A stretch of DNA of 64,000 nt from Eubacteriales bacterium (GTDB lineage: Bacteria > Bacillota > Clostridia > Oscillospirales > CAG-382), in the NCBI GenBank assembly GCA_045540015.1, contig JAZQGP010000014.1, positions 2,850 to 66,849 of the forward strand, written 5' to 3'. Numbering within the stretch: the first letter of the stretch is position 1; each line of letters begins with the position of its first letter. Of this stretch, positions 18,601-25,992 are shown piece after piece. The notes under the pieces are model-generated. The model saw nothing but the letters and a program-made list of their open reading frames with translations. It had not been told where the DNA came from and did not search any database. Both the position numbers and the translations under genes were made by a program.

Positions 18601-18938
18601 TAAACGGCTCCTTCAAGGGCAAGTCCACAACAGATGATGCGAACGTTGTTTATAAGACTAAGGTAAATCTTAATGCAAGCGAAATTAAGACCATTAAGAT
18701 TACCGCTAAAATCCCGAAGGGCAAATCTGCAGAAATTTTCTTCACAACAGACGCGGAAAAAGGTCTTTCCGGAGATAAGAGATACGGATTCTCTTCCACT
18801 TCCGATGATGTAGCAACTTATACAATTGATACATCCAAGTGTGCAAAGTGGACAGGAACCATCCTGGAATTCAGATTTGACCCCGTTGTAGGTGCAGGTC
18901 TCAATTTTGAATGGCTCGCAATCGAATTCTGCAAATAA
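9666..18938 (+). CDS. Giant (3090 aa) secreted, SLH-anchored multidomain cell-surface protein
   Basis: Signal peptide MKKILSIILCLSMLMSSVAFA/AP. Listeria-Bacteroides (Flg_new) repeats are present (RDGYIFLGWKT, REGFSFLGWMTD, RDGYFFSGWSLE, RVGYAFMGWCKS), along with Big_2-like modules. About seven copies of a ~150-aa domain end in W-x-G-x(4-5)-R-x-DP. Three SLH motifs and a CBM_4_9-like module follow, and a strong terminator closes the gene. Confidence 0.9.
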   Translation: MKKILSIILCLSMLMSSVAFAAPVNMAPIDVESAVEETLAGPEIEAELSAILPALAPVSTYPENGAADVSLGDIAYKVTFDKAVKAEDVTLENLASDYVGAIHFDKDTNTVYLFPKTEYKNYTYGYDVGTTFSFPEIKSNIPTADGQNSLYFPAVSYTIGMSHGDDGENMVPYGNMEYGFIPIASAHVTAIEEEDGNHYVSVTKNPSSGNKNWIYIYAPVHFEPNTEYKYSYNVKALEVVPAIAGVDKSAARTTIRYSPSDHSDRKTHNGDSKAISVGGGWVTVGGTYTTGEVTSTAGDSLACYVEPPKNGAGQEQDASMNYLIDNIELIKKVKHTFSADSRTTLVGTAPATISGYNGDTIALPATTAFEPKDDRWEITGWTDGENYYMPGEEITVDGAKNFTPYLETEYNVFNISFSSEQTGVTLPRAFDMFEGDIVDLTTSEYQPSKLGYWFDGWSVKGSDEIITSLTVTEDTELVANFTLVTEWDFRKKAHFDQLNADKCTIEYSPTSGVIVTPTNMDNIIKPLNQMIINAADYGTIEMVFDKNITSFVSESTRSLVLRYTEPSNPHGWNEAKTIRDCKFDRYEGENGIVFRYDMTTKDTWKGDIGYFRIDPVDSMDKWALIRLTLIPSEDIEAVEITDLDEPELRTEPDTTVSVPADADYTVQSVTWTPAVESIFAHDTAYTANVTLKSNPGCRFTAETTATINGTTVPLIINADKTATVSYKFAATASLAEVTVTADKSVTTIEGENTLDLSATVATVNPDDTIDTDAVTWGVDNESIAVVEGNVLKPLDNGTVKVTATSVYDPTKTDSFTVTISGLTLYTVTFNAGTTATVTNLPDSIRCRRDVDLKSIAAPKRDGYIFLGWKTATYAEETVNSIFVEEDTTLYATWAEGVIYDFYTIPSEIKFNKFDVEHDPVAGTVKLTTNTDDPQIEINKAYNASTKTGGVVDGRKFSKIEVRLASSVACNVGTYFTSVDADTGNYVSAGYGTSPTQYLASWKSGTSGGGSLDSFFTSVIDYSAYTPWTTGIINSIRMDPPDTEGNVYIVDYIRMMNIVEEYVDIAAIDAPAVMAEAATTAEALAAGKFEVKKVEWDKELFEGKYFYDNTVYTAKITVAPKAGTKVSETAVATVGGKAATLSDNGDGTYLVTYTYPATEDLTDVKVVIDETNNAITTADGKLTLSAEVLDVETNEPISEQGIVWTATGSVDGSFSIDGNVLTAIYDDNDVTVTATSVYDRTKSASYKITISNQIPPYTLKFQNGTNGVVTNLPSEYKGKGTVKLSQFKKPVREGFSFLGWMTDPRGTETVDSIVLNKDTTLVAKWVSGLVFEFNTDGDAEGWKANTPSHFSELGVKDGSLNFTSAVGDNQLYLTDINLNADVHKKIEVRISSNTASSFELFFKSTYCSNYAGGAANSTGAGYSATGAGKYTIVTFDMSKVANWRGTVSSIRLDPSTKAGVSAKIDYIRIVEDVNEYVDITGITAPVAKAVADTSAVSADTSKYIVKSVSWSPALLYNEYHNGDTAYTVTVKVAAANGAILSDGPYATINGKTATTKANSDGTVDVSYTFTKTASIENTDAIDVNLVLKKDGNPYTKTKKVFVGDKMTIDFSLVENIAGGVRWVGWAEVDGDPSTIFEGEFTAESGKNRTFYAQYEDVLGFDYTNKYHQNRNAAYNAKLTFSEGAAVVTPNSATADARLATDTMHLLTTDYAYAEVVFDAALSTGITVDSEPSLYFSYYTATTAFANERNGKLISAEEIEDDGRKAIKFTYDLASNDNWKGYIGKFAIDPYNGTPAWAVRSIKLIPTEYTNEPINITGIVAPETWETPNTAVDKGTNFTVKSVTWDTSDLNDAGAYKPETAYSVTVVVKPETGYKFNPEDVAPVTINGATVTSVTVNTDDNTITAVGTFPATLPFKDIEVTVSGPATIAKAGRYETYKYTIETVDGSALPMNKATFGISKILDGNGDEVAQADYDEYATFDTATSRLYPLLNSTVTIRATSVYNPAEYGEITVVVTNQREQHLVTYDLNTTDAVTGSAPAPEYASGAFTPSNCTATRDGYFFSGWSLEPDDANTVSTVNVTGATTLYAIWGKGISYDFTTSAIPSEIRFNRFDVLHDTDAGVITITANGNDPQMNINKAYSSASKTGGVADGRVYKKVVVRVSSEKLSTSWSMYFTSVNPENDKEAVSPGYSSSNPGPYVSTFKSQALSGGSLDDFTIVTFDYSSFTPWTTGIVNSVRMDPPDTAGNAYAIDYIRFISDNREVVFNANGGAIDNGETYKMTADVGTNSVPFTPTRVGYAFMGWCKSADGTGKLYGGNTVKVVDDTTFYAIWAPSADLSDESSVTTEDEADAENITVTADEDKLSITTSANAAPVIAIADAMTVDASSNTLLIKLDYSYNSMTDDKMYIKFTAGGTEYTEEIKTGLASKLDTDYISADLSGIADFSGDVENVSLVLPEGKINSLNIYELSLTSAALAESAIESFYTGDMGVSSPEVTIGNGDDGSDPKTYAPTTQPENPAGTVGGGSQLGGSVGTNKNDVAGGTGSGTTMKVPEATGNNTGTGTGTGTTTPVVSTPAIENNFKYINEFKAGTFTDVVSSDWFYGDVEKSYKLGLMNGVGGTTFDPNGSVTIAQAITVAARIHSTCVKKSVPDAKSGEQWYTPYVNYAIDAKIITKGQFADYTAKATRKQVAQIFANCSPAGWLNTINMFNSIPDVTSTDAAFSAILSLYNAGILTGIDATYKFNPNADIKRSEMSAIINRVAIPESRIRVVTDVEKNEAAWIGLTTCEDTAKSGFYVTQTNNSLTVVDDPTNPDNKVFKIDTVKDSKIWSYIWHKMRLKGGETYKIEFDIYLVSAYNGAAVTETNIGLNFRYGNKDHGFGAGKIAPGKWVHVSKERKIEDGYTFTAGDMFGIYLDPVDDKGCVYLVDNLSVIPASGSASIGSSTGSSSGSTATVTPSANSVNSIKFTSADDFKAYNVDGLTVNGSFKGKSTTDDANVVYKTKVNLNASEIKTIKITAKIPKGKSAEIFFTTDAEKGLSGDKRYGFSSTSDDVATYTIDTSKCAKWTGTILEFRFDPVVGAGLNFEWLAIEFCK
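11576..16440 (+). repeat. Intragenic tandem super-repeats (four units of ~1.0-1.3 kb) within the giant gene
   Basis: Units start near 11576, 12850, 14091 and 15100, each opening with (V/I)(E/D/N)IT..I.AP. The segments 12360-12840 and 15940-16440 are the closest paralogues at DNA level and share, for example, AGAATGGACCCGCCGGATACAG. Confidence 0.75.
17430..17960 (+). other. Three SLH (S-layer homology) motifs, placed internally in the giant protein
   Basis: FTDVVSSDWFYGDVEKSYKLGLMNGVGGTTFDPNGSVTIAQA; WYTPYVNYAIDAKIITKGQF...ATRKQVAQI; IPDVTSTDAAFSAILSLYNAGILTGID...IKRSEMSAIINRV. Confidence 0.8.
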
Positions 18939-18955
18939 TCTAAATAAAAACACGA

Positions 18956-18984
18956 GAACCGCGGTTAGAGCCGCGGTTCTTTTT
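18956..18984 (+). terminator. Rho-independent terminator of the giant gene
   Basis: GAACCGCGG-TTAGAG-CCGCGGTTC followed by TTTTT. Confidence 0.9.
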
Positions 18985-18988
18985 GCAT

Positions 18989-19019
18989 AAAAAGAGCCAT
19001 GGATTGTTTGCCATGGCTC
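18989..19019 (-). terminator. Rho-independent terminator of dnaX
   Basis: GAGCCATGG...CCATGGCTC stem (18994-19019) followed on the minus strand by TTTTT. Confidence 0.8.
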
Positions 19020-19040
19020 AAAGCTTATGTTAGATTGTGA

Positions 19041-20690
19041 TTAAAACCCGCCAAGGTCGGGAAGAGAGCTGTTTTTATTAGATGCATCACCGAGAGGTAT
19101 AACGGATACTCTGACGCTGTAGCCGAGACGGTTTGAACAGGTTTTTGCAAGCAAATCCAGAAAAGCGGCATTGCCGTTTATCATGAAAACCCCCATGCTG
19201 CCGCATTCTATAGTAACATCGTCTCCGTTAAGAGAAGCACGTGAATCGACAATAAAGGAATAAAGTATCGGATCGGCAATTTTTATGTCTTCAAGTACTT
19301 CACCAAAGGCAAGGAAACTCTGACTGGATTTCGGTTTCTTTGGTGCAGGAGGTTCGGGTGTAAATTCAGGCACAGCCGCAGGCACATCCGGCTCAAAAGG
19401 AAGATCCGCAGGAAAAGCGTTTTCAGGCGGAGGAGTCAGATCAAAAGGCGGCTCGTCCGGAATAAAGCTGTCAGAGCTTTCGGAAGGAGTGTTCTGTTTG
19501 GGATGTTTTTCGACGGTCTGCTGTTTTGCAGGCGCGGAAGATGCTTTCACTCCGTTTGTTTCAAGTGCAGAAATACGTGCTGCAAGTGCTTCGGAGCTTG
19601 TACTCAGCCGGCAGTCGCAAAGACGCATTATCATGAGCTCGATAAGGGTTCTGCGCGAAAGCCCGTTTTGCATGAGCTTGTTTTGAGTTTGCTCGACGAT
19701 TTCTGTTGCGTAAAGCAGATATTCGGGTGTGAATTTTGACTCTATGTCGCGAAGCGTGTCGATAACGTCTTTGCCGGAATCTATAAGGAACGAAACGGAG
19801 CTACTCGCGTATTTCATAATGAGGAGATTGCGGAACATTTCGCCAAGCTCGCTACAGAGAACGCTCATGTCCTTGCTTGCGTTGTAGGCATTTGATATTT
19901 CTTCAAGAGCAAGTGAAGCGTTTTTGTCTGCAATTGCACGCAGCACCGAAAGAACCGATGCGTTTCCGACAACGCCGAGAACTTTGGATGCTTTTTCTGC
20001 GTCAACACCGCTTTGTCCCACAAACAGTTCAAGCATTGAAAGCGCATCACGCATAGCACCCGTTGCAAGAGTTGCGATAAGGCGAAGTGCATCCGTTTCG
20101 ATTCCGATGTTCTCACTGTCGCTTATGTGACGAAGACGTGGGAGCATATCCTCGGGACTTATTCTGTGAAAATCAAAACGCTTACAGCGTGAGAGAATTG
20201 TTGCGGGAATTTTGTTAAGCTCTGTGGTTGCGAGTATGAACATAACATGAGACGGAGGCTCTTCAAGGGTTTTGAGAAGTGCGTTGAAGGCACTGTCTGA
20301 GAGCATATGAACCTCGTCTATGATGTAAACGCGCTTTTTCAGCTCAATCGGCATAAAGCTTATTTTTTCGCGAAGCTCTCTTATGTTGTCAACGCCGTTG
20401 TTTGATGCTGCATCCATTTCGGTTATGTCAAAGCTGTTTTCCGCGGCAAGACAGCGCTCGCATTTTCCGCACGGGTCACCGTTTTGCGGATTCTCGCAGC
20501 TTACTGCACGTGCAAGAATTTTTGCACAGGTGGTTTTTCCTGTTCCGCGTGAGCCGCAGAAAAGATATGCGTGCGAAACACTGCCCTGCATTACCTCGCT
20601 TTGCAGAACCTTTGTGATATGCTCCTGTCCGATAACGTCCGCAAAAACCGACGGGCGCCATTTTCTGTATAAAGCCATATACTGTGACAT
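19041..20690 (-). CDS. dnaX: DNA polymerase III subunits gamma/tau
   Basis: MSQYMALYRKWRP..F.DVIGQEHI, Walker A GSRGTGKTT, the zinc module C..C..C, and a proline-rich linker. Confidence 0.95.
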   Translation of the reverse strand: MSQYMALYRKWRPSVFADVIGQEHITKVLQSEVMQGSVSHAYLFCGSRGTGKTTCAKILARAVSCENPQNGDPCGKCERCLAAENSFDITEMDAASNNGVDNIRELREKISFMPIELKKRVYIIDEVHMLSDSAFNALLKTLEEPPSHVMFILATTELNKIPATILSRCKRFDFHRISPEDMLPRLRHISDSENIGIETDALRLIATLATGAMRDALSMLELFVGQSGVDAEKASKVLGVVGNASVLSVLRAIADKNASLALEEISNAYNASKDMSVLCSELGEMFRNLLIMKYASSSVSFLIDSGKDVIDTLRDIESKFTPEYLLYATEIVEQTQNKLMQNGLSRRTLIELMIMRLCDCRLSTSSEALAARISALETNGVKASSAPAKQQTVEKHPKQNTPSESSDSFIPDEPPFDLTPPPENAFPADLPFEPDVPAAVPEFTPEPPAPKKPKSSQSFLAFGEVLEDIKIADPILYSFIVDSRASLNGDDVTIECGSMGVFMINGNAAFLDLLAKTCSNRLGYSVRVSVIPLGDASNKNSSLPDLGGF

Positions 20691-20716
20691 ATTCGCATGC
20701 TCTCCTTATGTTTTTA

Positions 20717-21472
20717 TCAATAGAATATTTTGTTGAGATACAGTCCGTGTGCAGGTGCTGTATCGCCTGCATTTTTTCGGTCAAGGCTTTCAATTATTGC
20801 TCGTACCGTACCCTCGGGCGCATCGTTTCTTATACAGTCAAGGTAGGTTCCGACCATGATTCGCACCATGTTGTAGAGAAATCCGTCGGCACAGACGGAA
20901 ATTGTAATAAGCCCGTCGCTGTCTTTTTCAACTCGGAAATATTTTACGGTTCTTATGGTGTTTTCCTCGTTTTTTGAGCCTTTTGACATGAATGCACGAA
21001 AATCGCAAGTTCCCTCAAATTCTCCGCAAAGATACGAAAACTTTTCCGTGTCAATAAACTGCGGATAAAACAATGCATAGCCCTCAAGAAAAGGGTTTAC
21101 ATAGTCGTTGTTCCAGATTTTGTAGATGTATTCCTTGCCGAGACATGAATAGCGTGCGTGAAAATCCGCGTCTTTTTCCTGACAGCTTTTTACGCACAAA
21201 CCGCTTGATCTTAGGTGAAAGTTTAACGCTTTGGGAAGCTTGTCTGTAGGGATGCAGACATTGTCAGAGGAAATGTGGCAAACGTAATTGTTGGCATGAA
21301 CGCCTGCATCCGTGCGTGAACAGCCGCTGACATCGGGGCGAAAGCCGAGAACGGCTTCGAGTGCGTCCTGAATTGTGCTTTGCACGCTTTTTGCGTTTGG
21401 TTGAACCTGCCAGCCGTGGAATTTTCCGCCGTCATACATAAGATGCAAGGCGATGTTTTTGTTTTTACTCAT
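20717..21472 (-). CDS. truA: tRNA pseudouridine(38-40) synthase
   Basis: YDGGKFHGWQVQPN and RTDAGVHA motifs. 4-nt overlap with ecfT. Confidence 0.9.
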   Translation of the reverse strand: MSKNKNIALHLMYDGGKFHGWQVQPNAKSVQSTIQDALEAVLGFRPDVSGCSRTDAGVHANNYVCHISSDNVCIPTDKLPKALNFHLRSSGLCVKSCQEKDADFHARYSCLGKEYIYKIWNNDYVNPFLEGYALFYPQFIDTEKFSYLCGEFEGTCDFRAFMSKGSKNEENTIRTVKYFRVEKDSDGLITISVCADGFLYNMVRIMVGTYLDCIRNDAPEGTVRAIIESLDRKNAGDTAPAHGLYLNKIFY

Positions 21473-22287
21473 ATAACTGCCTCTAAAACAAATCGCGAAG
21501 CGATAATAAGCGCGGCATACAGGGCAAAAAACAAAAGAACAGCAAAATCCTCTCCTGATGCCTTCATGGTTTTCATGCGTGTTCTTCCTTCACCGCCTCT
21601 GTAAAGACGGCACTCCATGGCTGACGCAAGCTCGTCTGCTCTGCGGAAGGCTGAAACAAACAGCGGAATGAGTATTGGCACAAGCGCTTTTGCTCGTCTT
21701 ACAAGACTTCCGCTTTCAAAGTCAGCACCTCTTGCCTTCTGGGCGTTTATTATCTTTTGTGTTTCCTCAATAAGTGTCGGGATAAAACGCAGCGCTATTG
21801 TCATCATCATGGAAAATTCGTGTACGGGAAGACCGATTTTTGCAAACGGTGAGAGCAGGCGCTCTATTGCATCTGTCAGGGAAACGGGCGTTGTTGTGTA
21901 GGTCAGAAGCACGAAGGTGCCAAGAATAAGGCATATTATGCGCAGTGCCATGAGTAAAGCATAAAGAATTCCTTCGGGATAAATCTTTATAAAGCCTATA
22001 TGCACAAGAGGAGTCTCGCCCGATGTCAGAAACAGGTTCGCAAGCACCGTAAAAGCAAGAATAAACACAATGGGCTTAAGACTTTTTAATATGACCTTTA
22101 CGTTAAGCCGTGAAGCAGCTATAATAAGCAGCGTCTGTAAAACCACAGCGGAATACGCAATCAGGCTGTTTGCACTGAAAATGCCGACAATGTAGAATAT
22201 GATTGCTATAATTTTAAACCGCGGGTCAAAGCGGTGAATAATCGAGTTTCCGGGGAAATATTGCCCCAAAGTGATGTCGGAAAGCAT
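21469..22287 (-). CDS. ecfT: Energy-coupling factor transporter transmembrane subunit (CbiQ/EcfT family)
   Basis: 272 aa, polytopic, with the ARG..F...L...A..L.P motif region (QKARGADFESGSLVRRAKALVPILIPLF). Classic ecfT-truA adjacency, but no ecfA genes lie upstream in this window. Confidence 0.85.
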   Translation of the reverse strand: MLSDITLGQYFPGNSIIHRFDPRFKIIAIIFYIVGIFSANSLIAYSAVVLQTLLIIAASRLNVKVILKSLKPIVFILAFTVLANLFLTSGETPLVHIGFIKIYPEGILYALLMALRIICLILGTFVLLTYTTTPVSLTDAIERLLSPFAKIGLPVHEFSMMMTIALRFIPTLIEETQKIINAQKARGADFESGSLVRRAKALVPILIPLFVSAFRRADELASAMECRLYRGGEGRTRMKTMKASGEDFAVLLFFALYAALIIASRFVLEAVI

Positions 22288-22527
22288 CTTTCATGTCCTT
22301 TCGAAAAATAATTACCTATCTTAACATACTATTGTACCACATTTTTTTGAATTGTGCTATACTTTTCTGAAAAAAATATGTGTAGATGCCGGATAATTAA
22401 TACATAAGAGAATTTGTAAACAATAATAAATCTGAAAATAACACTTGAAAAACACATTTTTTTGTGCTATACTACTCGTGTATATCAGTTAAACTGTAAC
22501 ATTATGGCATAAAGGAGCAAAATCGTT

Positions 22528-23433
22528 ATGAAAAAATTACTTACCGCATTACTTTGTGTTTCGCTTATTTGTGCAGGTTTTCTCACTTCCTGTAACAAAA
22601 AAGAGAAGGTAGAAGAAGCACCGGTCGAAGAAGTGGTTGAAGAACAGGTTCCCGAGGTAGACCCCATCCCCTTTGAATATGACCTTGACAAGACAGAAGG
22701 TACTGCGGTTATTACAAGTTACATAGGAGAGGAAACAGAGGTTACTGTTCCTGCCGTTATTTCCGCTGTTGTTGATGTCGCGCTCACCGAAGAAGAAATT
22801 GCAGCGCTCCCAAAGACCGAAGCAGACGAAAAGAAGACAAGAAAGTCATCCAAGGTTCCTACAAAAAAAGTGATTCAGGAATTTGCAGTTACAGGCATTT
22901 CTGCCGGAGCATTTTTTGACAATGAAACCGTTGAGAGTGTTGTTATTGAAGAAGGAATTGAAACAATAGGCGACGCTGCCTTCCAGAACTGCAAGGCAAT
23001 GAAGAGCATAAAGCTCCCCGAAAGCCTTCTTTCAATAGGAAGCCGTGCGTTCTACGGCTGTGAGACTCTTTCTGAGCTCAACATAGGTGCGAACGTAAAC
23101 AGCATCGGCTATATGGCATTCTCCGACATTTTCTTTGAAATTCCGTGGTACTCTGCGCTTACAGATACAGCAGTTATCGTAGGTGACGGCGTGCTTCTCA
23201 AGTACAACAGCACATCGGATGCAGTGTTCGGCGACGAAGTAAAGCATGTTGCTTACTATGCATTTGCAGACAGCACCGTTGCAAACATCACATTCTCAGG
23301 TTCTCTTGAAACAGTTGACTCAAAAGCGTTCTTTGAAAGCAAGCCCACAGTACATGTTCCTGAAGGCTCTGCTGCAATCAAGGATTTAACTCTTGCAAAT
23401 GCAAAGTATGTTACTTATAAACCCGCAGCATAA
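22528..23433 (+). CDS. Lipoprotein with BspA-type leucine-rich repeats
   Basis: Lipobox FLTSC. An E/V-rich linker is followed by LRR_5-like repeats (AFQNCKAMKSIKLPESLLSIGSRAFYGCETLSELNI). Confidence 0.75.
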   Translation: MKKLLTALLCVSLICAGFLTSCNKKEKVEEAPVEEVVEEQVPEVDPIPFEYDLDKTEGTAVITSYIGEETEVTVPAVISAVVDVALTEEEIAALPKTEADEKKTRKSSKVPTKKVIQEFAVTGISAGAFFDNETVESVVIEEGIETIGDAAFQNCKAMKSIKLPESLLSIGSRAFYGCETLSELNIGANVNSIGYMAFSDIFFEIPWYSALTDTAVIVGDGVLLKYNSTSDAVFGDEVKHVAYYAFADSTVANITFSGSLETVDSKAFFESKPTVHVPEGSAAIKDLTLANAKYVTYKPAA

Positions 23434-23474
23434 TAACAGCTACAATACAGGCAGTAATTAATATTGTAAACATA

Positions 23475-23505
23475 GACCGTATGAAATTTATCATGCGGTC
23501 TTTTT
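23475..23505 (+). terminator. Rho-independent terminator
   Basis: GACCGTAT...ATGCGGTC hairpin followed by TTTTT. Confidence 0.7.
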
Positions 23506-23588
23506 GTGTGAGGTAAACTGTTGACGAAAATGAAAAAATATGTTATTATAATTGGTGGAAAAAAGTAAGCATATGAGGTGATGCGGTA

Positions 23589-24530
23589 ATGAAGAAAAGA
23601 ATACTTGCCATAGGCTCATCAAACATTGATTTTGTAAGCCGTATGCCGAGAGTTCCTCAGCCAGGAGAAACTCTCATTTCAAACGACACATATGCGTTTG
23701 TTCCCGGTGGAAAGGGCGCAAACAGCGCGGTTGCGGCAGCACGCCTGGGTGCGGATGTTGTATTCTGCACAAGAGTCGGAAACGACGGCTATGCATCCCA
23801 GCTTCACGACAAATACAAAGCAGAGGGAATTGACACGCGATTTGTTTTCCGCGACAAAACAGCTCAGACAGGTCTTGCGGTTGTTATGGTTGAACATACA
23901 GGGCACAACAGGATTGTTGTATATCCCGGTGCAAATGCGCTTTTGTCGGAGATAGATATTGAAGAAGCGTTCACCTGTTATCCCGACGCACTTCTCATAC
24001 AGCTTGAGATTGATTTTGCCACAGTTGTTTCCGCAACGAAAATGGCTTATAATCAGGGAGCAAAGATATTTCTTGATGCAGGTCCAGCAAGAAGCGATTA
24101 TCCTTATTCGTCGCTTGCTCCGCTTGAGGTATTCTCTCCCAATGAAACCGAAACTGAAATTATTACAGGCATAAAGCCGCTTGGTGCAGACAGTTGTCTT
24201 CGTGCGGCAATTGCAATCTGTTCAATGGTACAGACAAAGTATGTTGTTATAAAGCTTGGAGAGAGAGGCTGCTTTGTATATGACGGAACACATTGCAGAC
24301 ATATAGCCCCCGTTGAAATAGGCAGAGCTGTTGACACAACGGCGGCAGGTGATGCATTTACCGCGGCACTTACGCACAGGTATCTTGACAACGGCGAGGA
24401 CATTTTTGAGGCGTGTGAATATGCGAACTGTGTCGGTGCTTATGTTGTAACAAAGCAGGGAGCTTTTTCGTCTTTGCCGACTCAAAAACAGCTTGACGAG
24501 TTTTTGAAAAGCAAAAACCAAGATGAGTAA
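23589..24530 (+). CDS. rbsK: Ribokinase (PfkB family carbohydrate kinase)
   Basis: GSSNIDF, GGKGANSAVAAARLG and DTTAAGDAFTAAL motifs. Confidence 0.8.
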   Translation: MKKRILAIGSSNIDFVSRMPRVPQPGETLISNDTYAFVPGGKGANSAVAAARLGADVVFCTRVGNDGYASQLHDKYKAEGIDTRFVFRDKTAQTGLAVVMVEHTGHNRIVVYPGANALLSEIDIEEAFTCYPDALLIQLEIDFATVVSATKMAYNQGAKIFLDAGPARSDYPYSSLAPLEVFSPNETETEIITGIKPLGADSCLRAAIAICSMVQTKYVVIKLGERGCFVYDGTHCRHIAPVEIGRAVDTTAAGDAFTAALTHRYLDNGEDIFEACEYANCVGAYVVTKQGAFSSLPTQKQLDEFLKSKNQDE

Positions 24531-24688
24531 TCATAGCATTTTATGATGTTGATTAAAAAATTGCTTGCAATATGCGCATAAATATGGTAGAATATATCAG
24601 TTAAAGCTGAACATCATAGAATAAATGTTAAATTGAAGTCGTTTAGACTTCAATTTAACAAATTAAAAATGTGCAAAGGGGAATGATT

Positions 24689-25396
24689 ATGCCAAAGTAT
24701 AAGAGAGTGCTTCTAAAGCTTTCGGGCGAAGCACTGATGAACGGCAGCAAGGACGGAATTATTGATTTTGATTTTGTAGATACTATAGCAAAGCAGATTA
24801 AGCGTTGCACAAGTGAAGGAGTTTCATTTGGAATTGTTATCGGCGGCGGCAACATCTGGCGCGGTGCAGGAAAGAAGATCAACAGAACAAGAGCAGACCA
24901 TATGGGAATGCTTGCAACTGTTATAAATTCTCTTGCAGTTCAGTCTGTGTTTGAGGAAAACGGCATTGAAACAAGAACAATGACAGCCCTTCAGATGAAT
25001 CAGGTGGCAGAGCCTTATATCAGAAACAAGGCGGTTTCCCACATGGATAAGGGCAGAGTTGTTATAATAGGCTGCGGCTCGGGAAATCCCTATTTCTCAA
25101 CCGACACGGCAGCGGTTTTAAGAGCTGCCGAAATAGGAGCAGAAATCGTTCTCTTTGCAAAGAATGTAGACGGCGTTTACACGGCTGACCCGAAAAAAGA
25201 TCCGAATGCCAAAAAGGTTGACAGCATTACTTATGACGAAATCATACATCACGACCTGACGGTTATAGACAGTACTGCATCCGCTTTCGGACGCGACAAC
25301 AATTTGCCGCTTCTGCTGTTCGGTCTTAACGATCCGGAGAACATCTACCGCGCAGTAAACGGTGAGAAAATCGGAACAATGGTTTCTCTTGGTTAA
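24689..25396 (+). CDS. pyrH: UMP kinase
   Basis: MPKYKRVLLKLSGEAL...GGGNIWRG motifs. The track ORF begins at 24671; ATG 24689 or 24683 is preferred. Confidence 0.95.
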   Translation: MPKYKRVLLKLSGEALMNGSKDGIIDFDFVDTIAKQIKRCTSEGVSFGIVIGGGNIWRGAGKKINRTRADHMGMLATVINSLAVQSVFEENGIETRTMTALQMNQVAEPYIRNKAVSHMDKGRVVIIGCGSGNPYFSTDTAAVLRAAEIGAEIVLFAKNVDGVYTADPKKDPNAKKVDSITYDEIIHHDLTVIDSTASAFGRDNNLPLLLFGLNDPENIYRAVNGEKIGTMVSLG

Positions 25397-25437
25397 ATAC
25401 AAATAAACTATAATTATACAAAACGGAGGATATACCT

Positions 25438-25992
25438 ATGAAAATTGACACAAAGCCTTATGAAGAAAAAATGAGCAAATCCGTTGCAAGTCTTGAAACA
25501 GAATTCGGTTCAATCAGTGCAGGACGTGCAAGTGCGGCAGTGCTTGACAGAGTTCTTGTAGATTACTGTGGCAGCAGCATGCCCGTAAACCAGGTTGCAG
25601 GCGTTAAAATGCCAGACCCCAGAACACTTGTTATCTCTCCTTGGGATGCAAGCATTTTAAAGGATATTGAAAAGGCAATTCTTGCTTCCGACCTCGGAAT
25701 TACACCTCAGAACGACGGCAAGGTTATCCGTCTTTCATTCCCTCAGCCTACAGAAGAAAGAAGAAAAGAGCTTTCAAAGAAGGTTGAAAAGCTTACCGAG
25801 GAATGCAAGGTTGCTATCAGAAATATCCGCCGCGATGCAAACGACAAGTGTAAGGACATGAAGAAGAACGGCGAAATGACTGAGGACGAGCAGAAGGCGT
25901 CCGAAAAGCTCATCCAGGATGTAACCGACAAGTATGCAAAGCTTGCCGATGCAGCAGCCGATACCAAGAAAAAAGAAATCATGACCGTCTAA
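25438..25992 (+). CDS. frr: Ribosome recycling factor
   Basis: 184 aa with SISAGRASAAVLD..V.VDYCG, ITPQNDG and RNIRRDAND motifs. pyrH-frr synteny. Confidence 0.95.
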   Translation: MKIDTKPYEEKMSKSVASLETEFGSISAGRASAAVLDRVLVDYCGSSMPVNQVAGVKMPDPRTLVISPWDASILKDIEKAILASDLGITPQNDGKVIRLSFPQPTEERRKELSKKVEKLTEECKVAIRNIRRDANDKCKDMKKNGEMTEDEQKASEKLIQDVTDKYAKLADAAADTKKKEIMTV

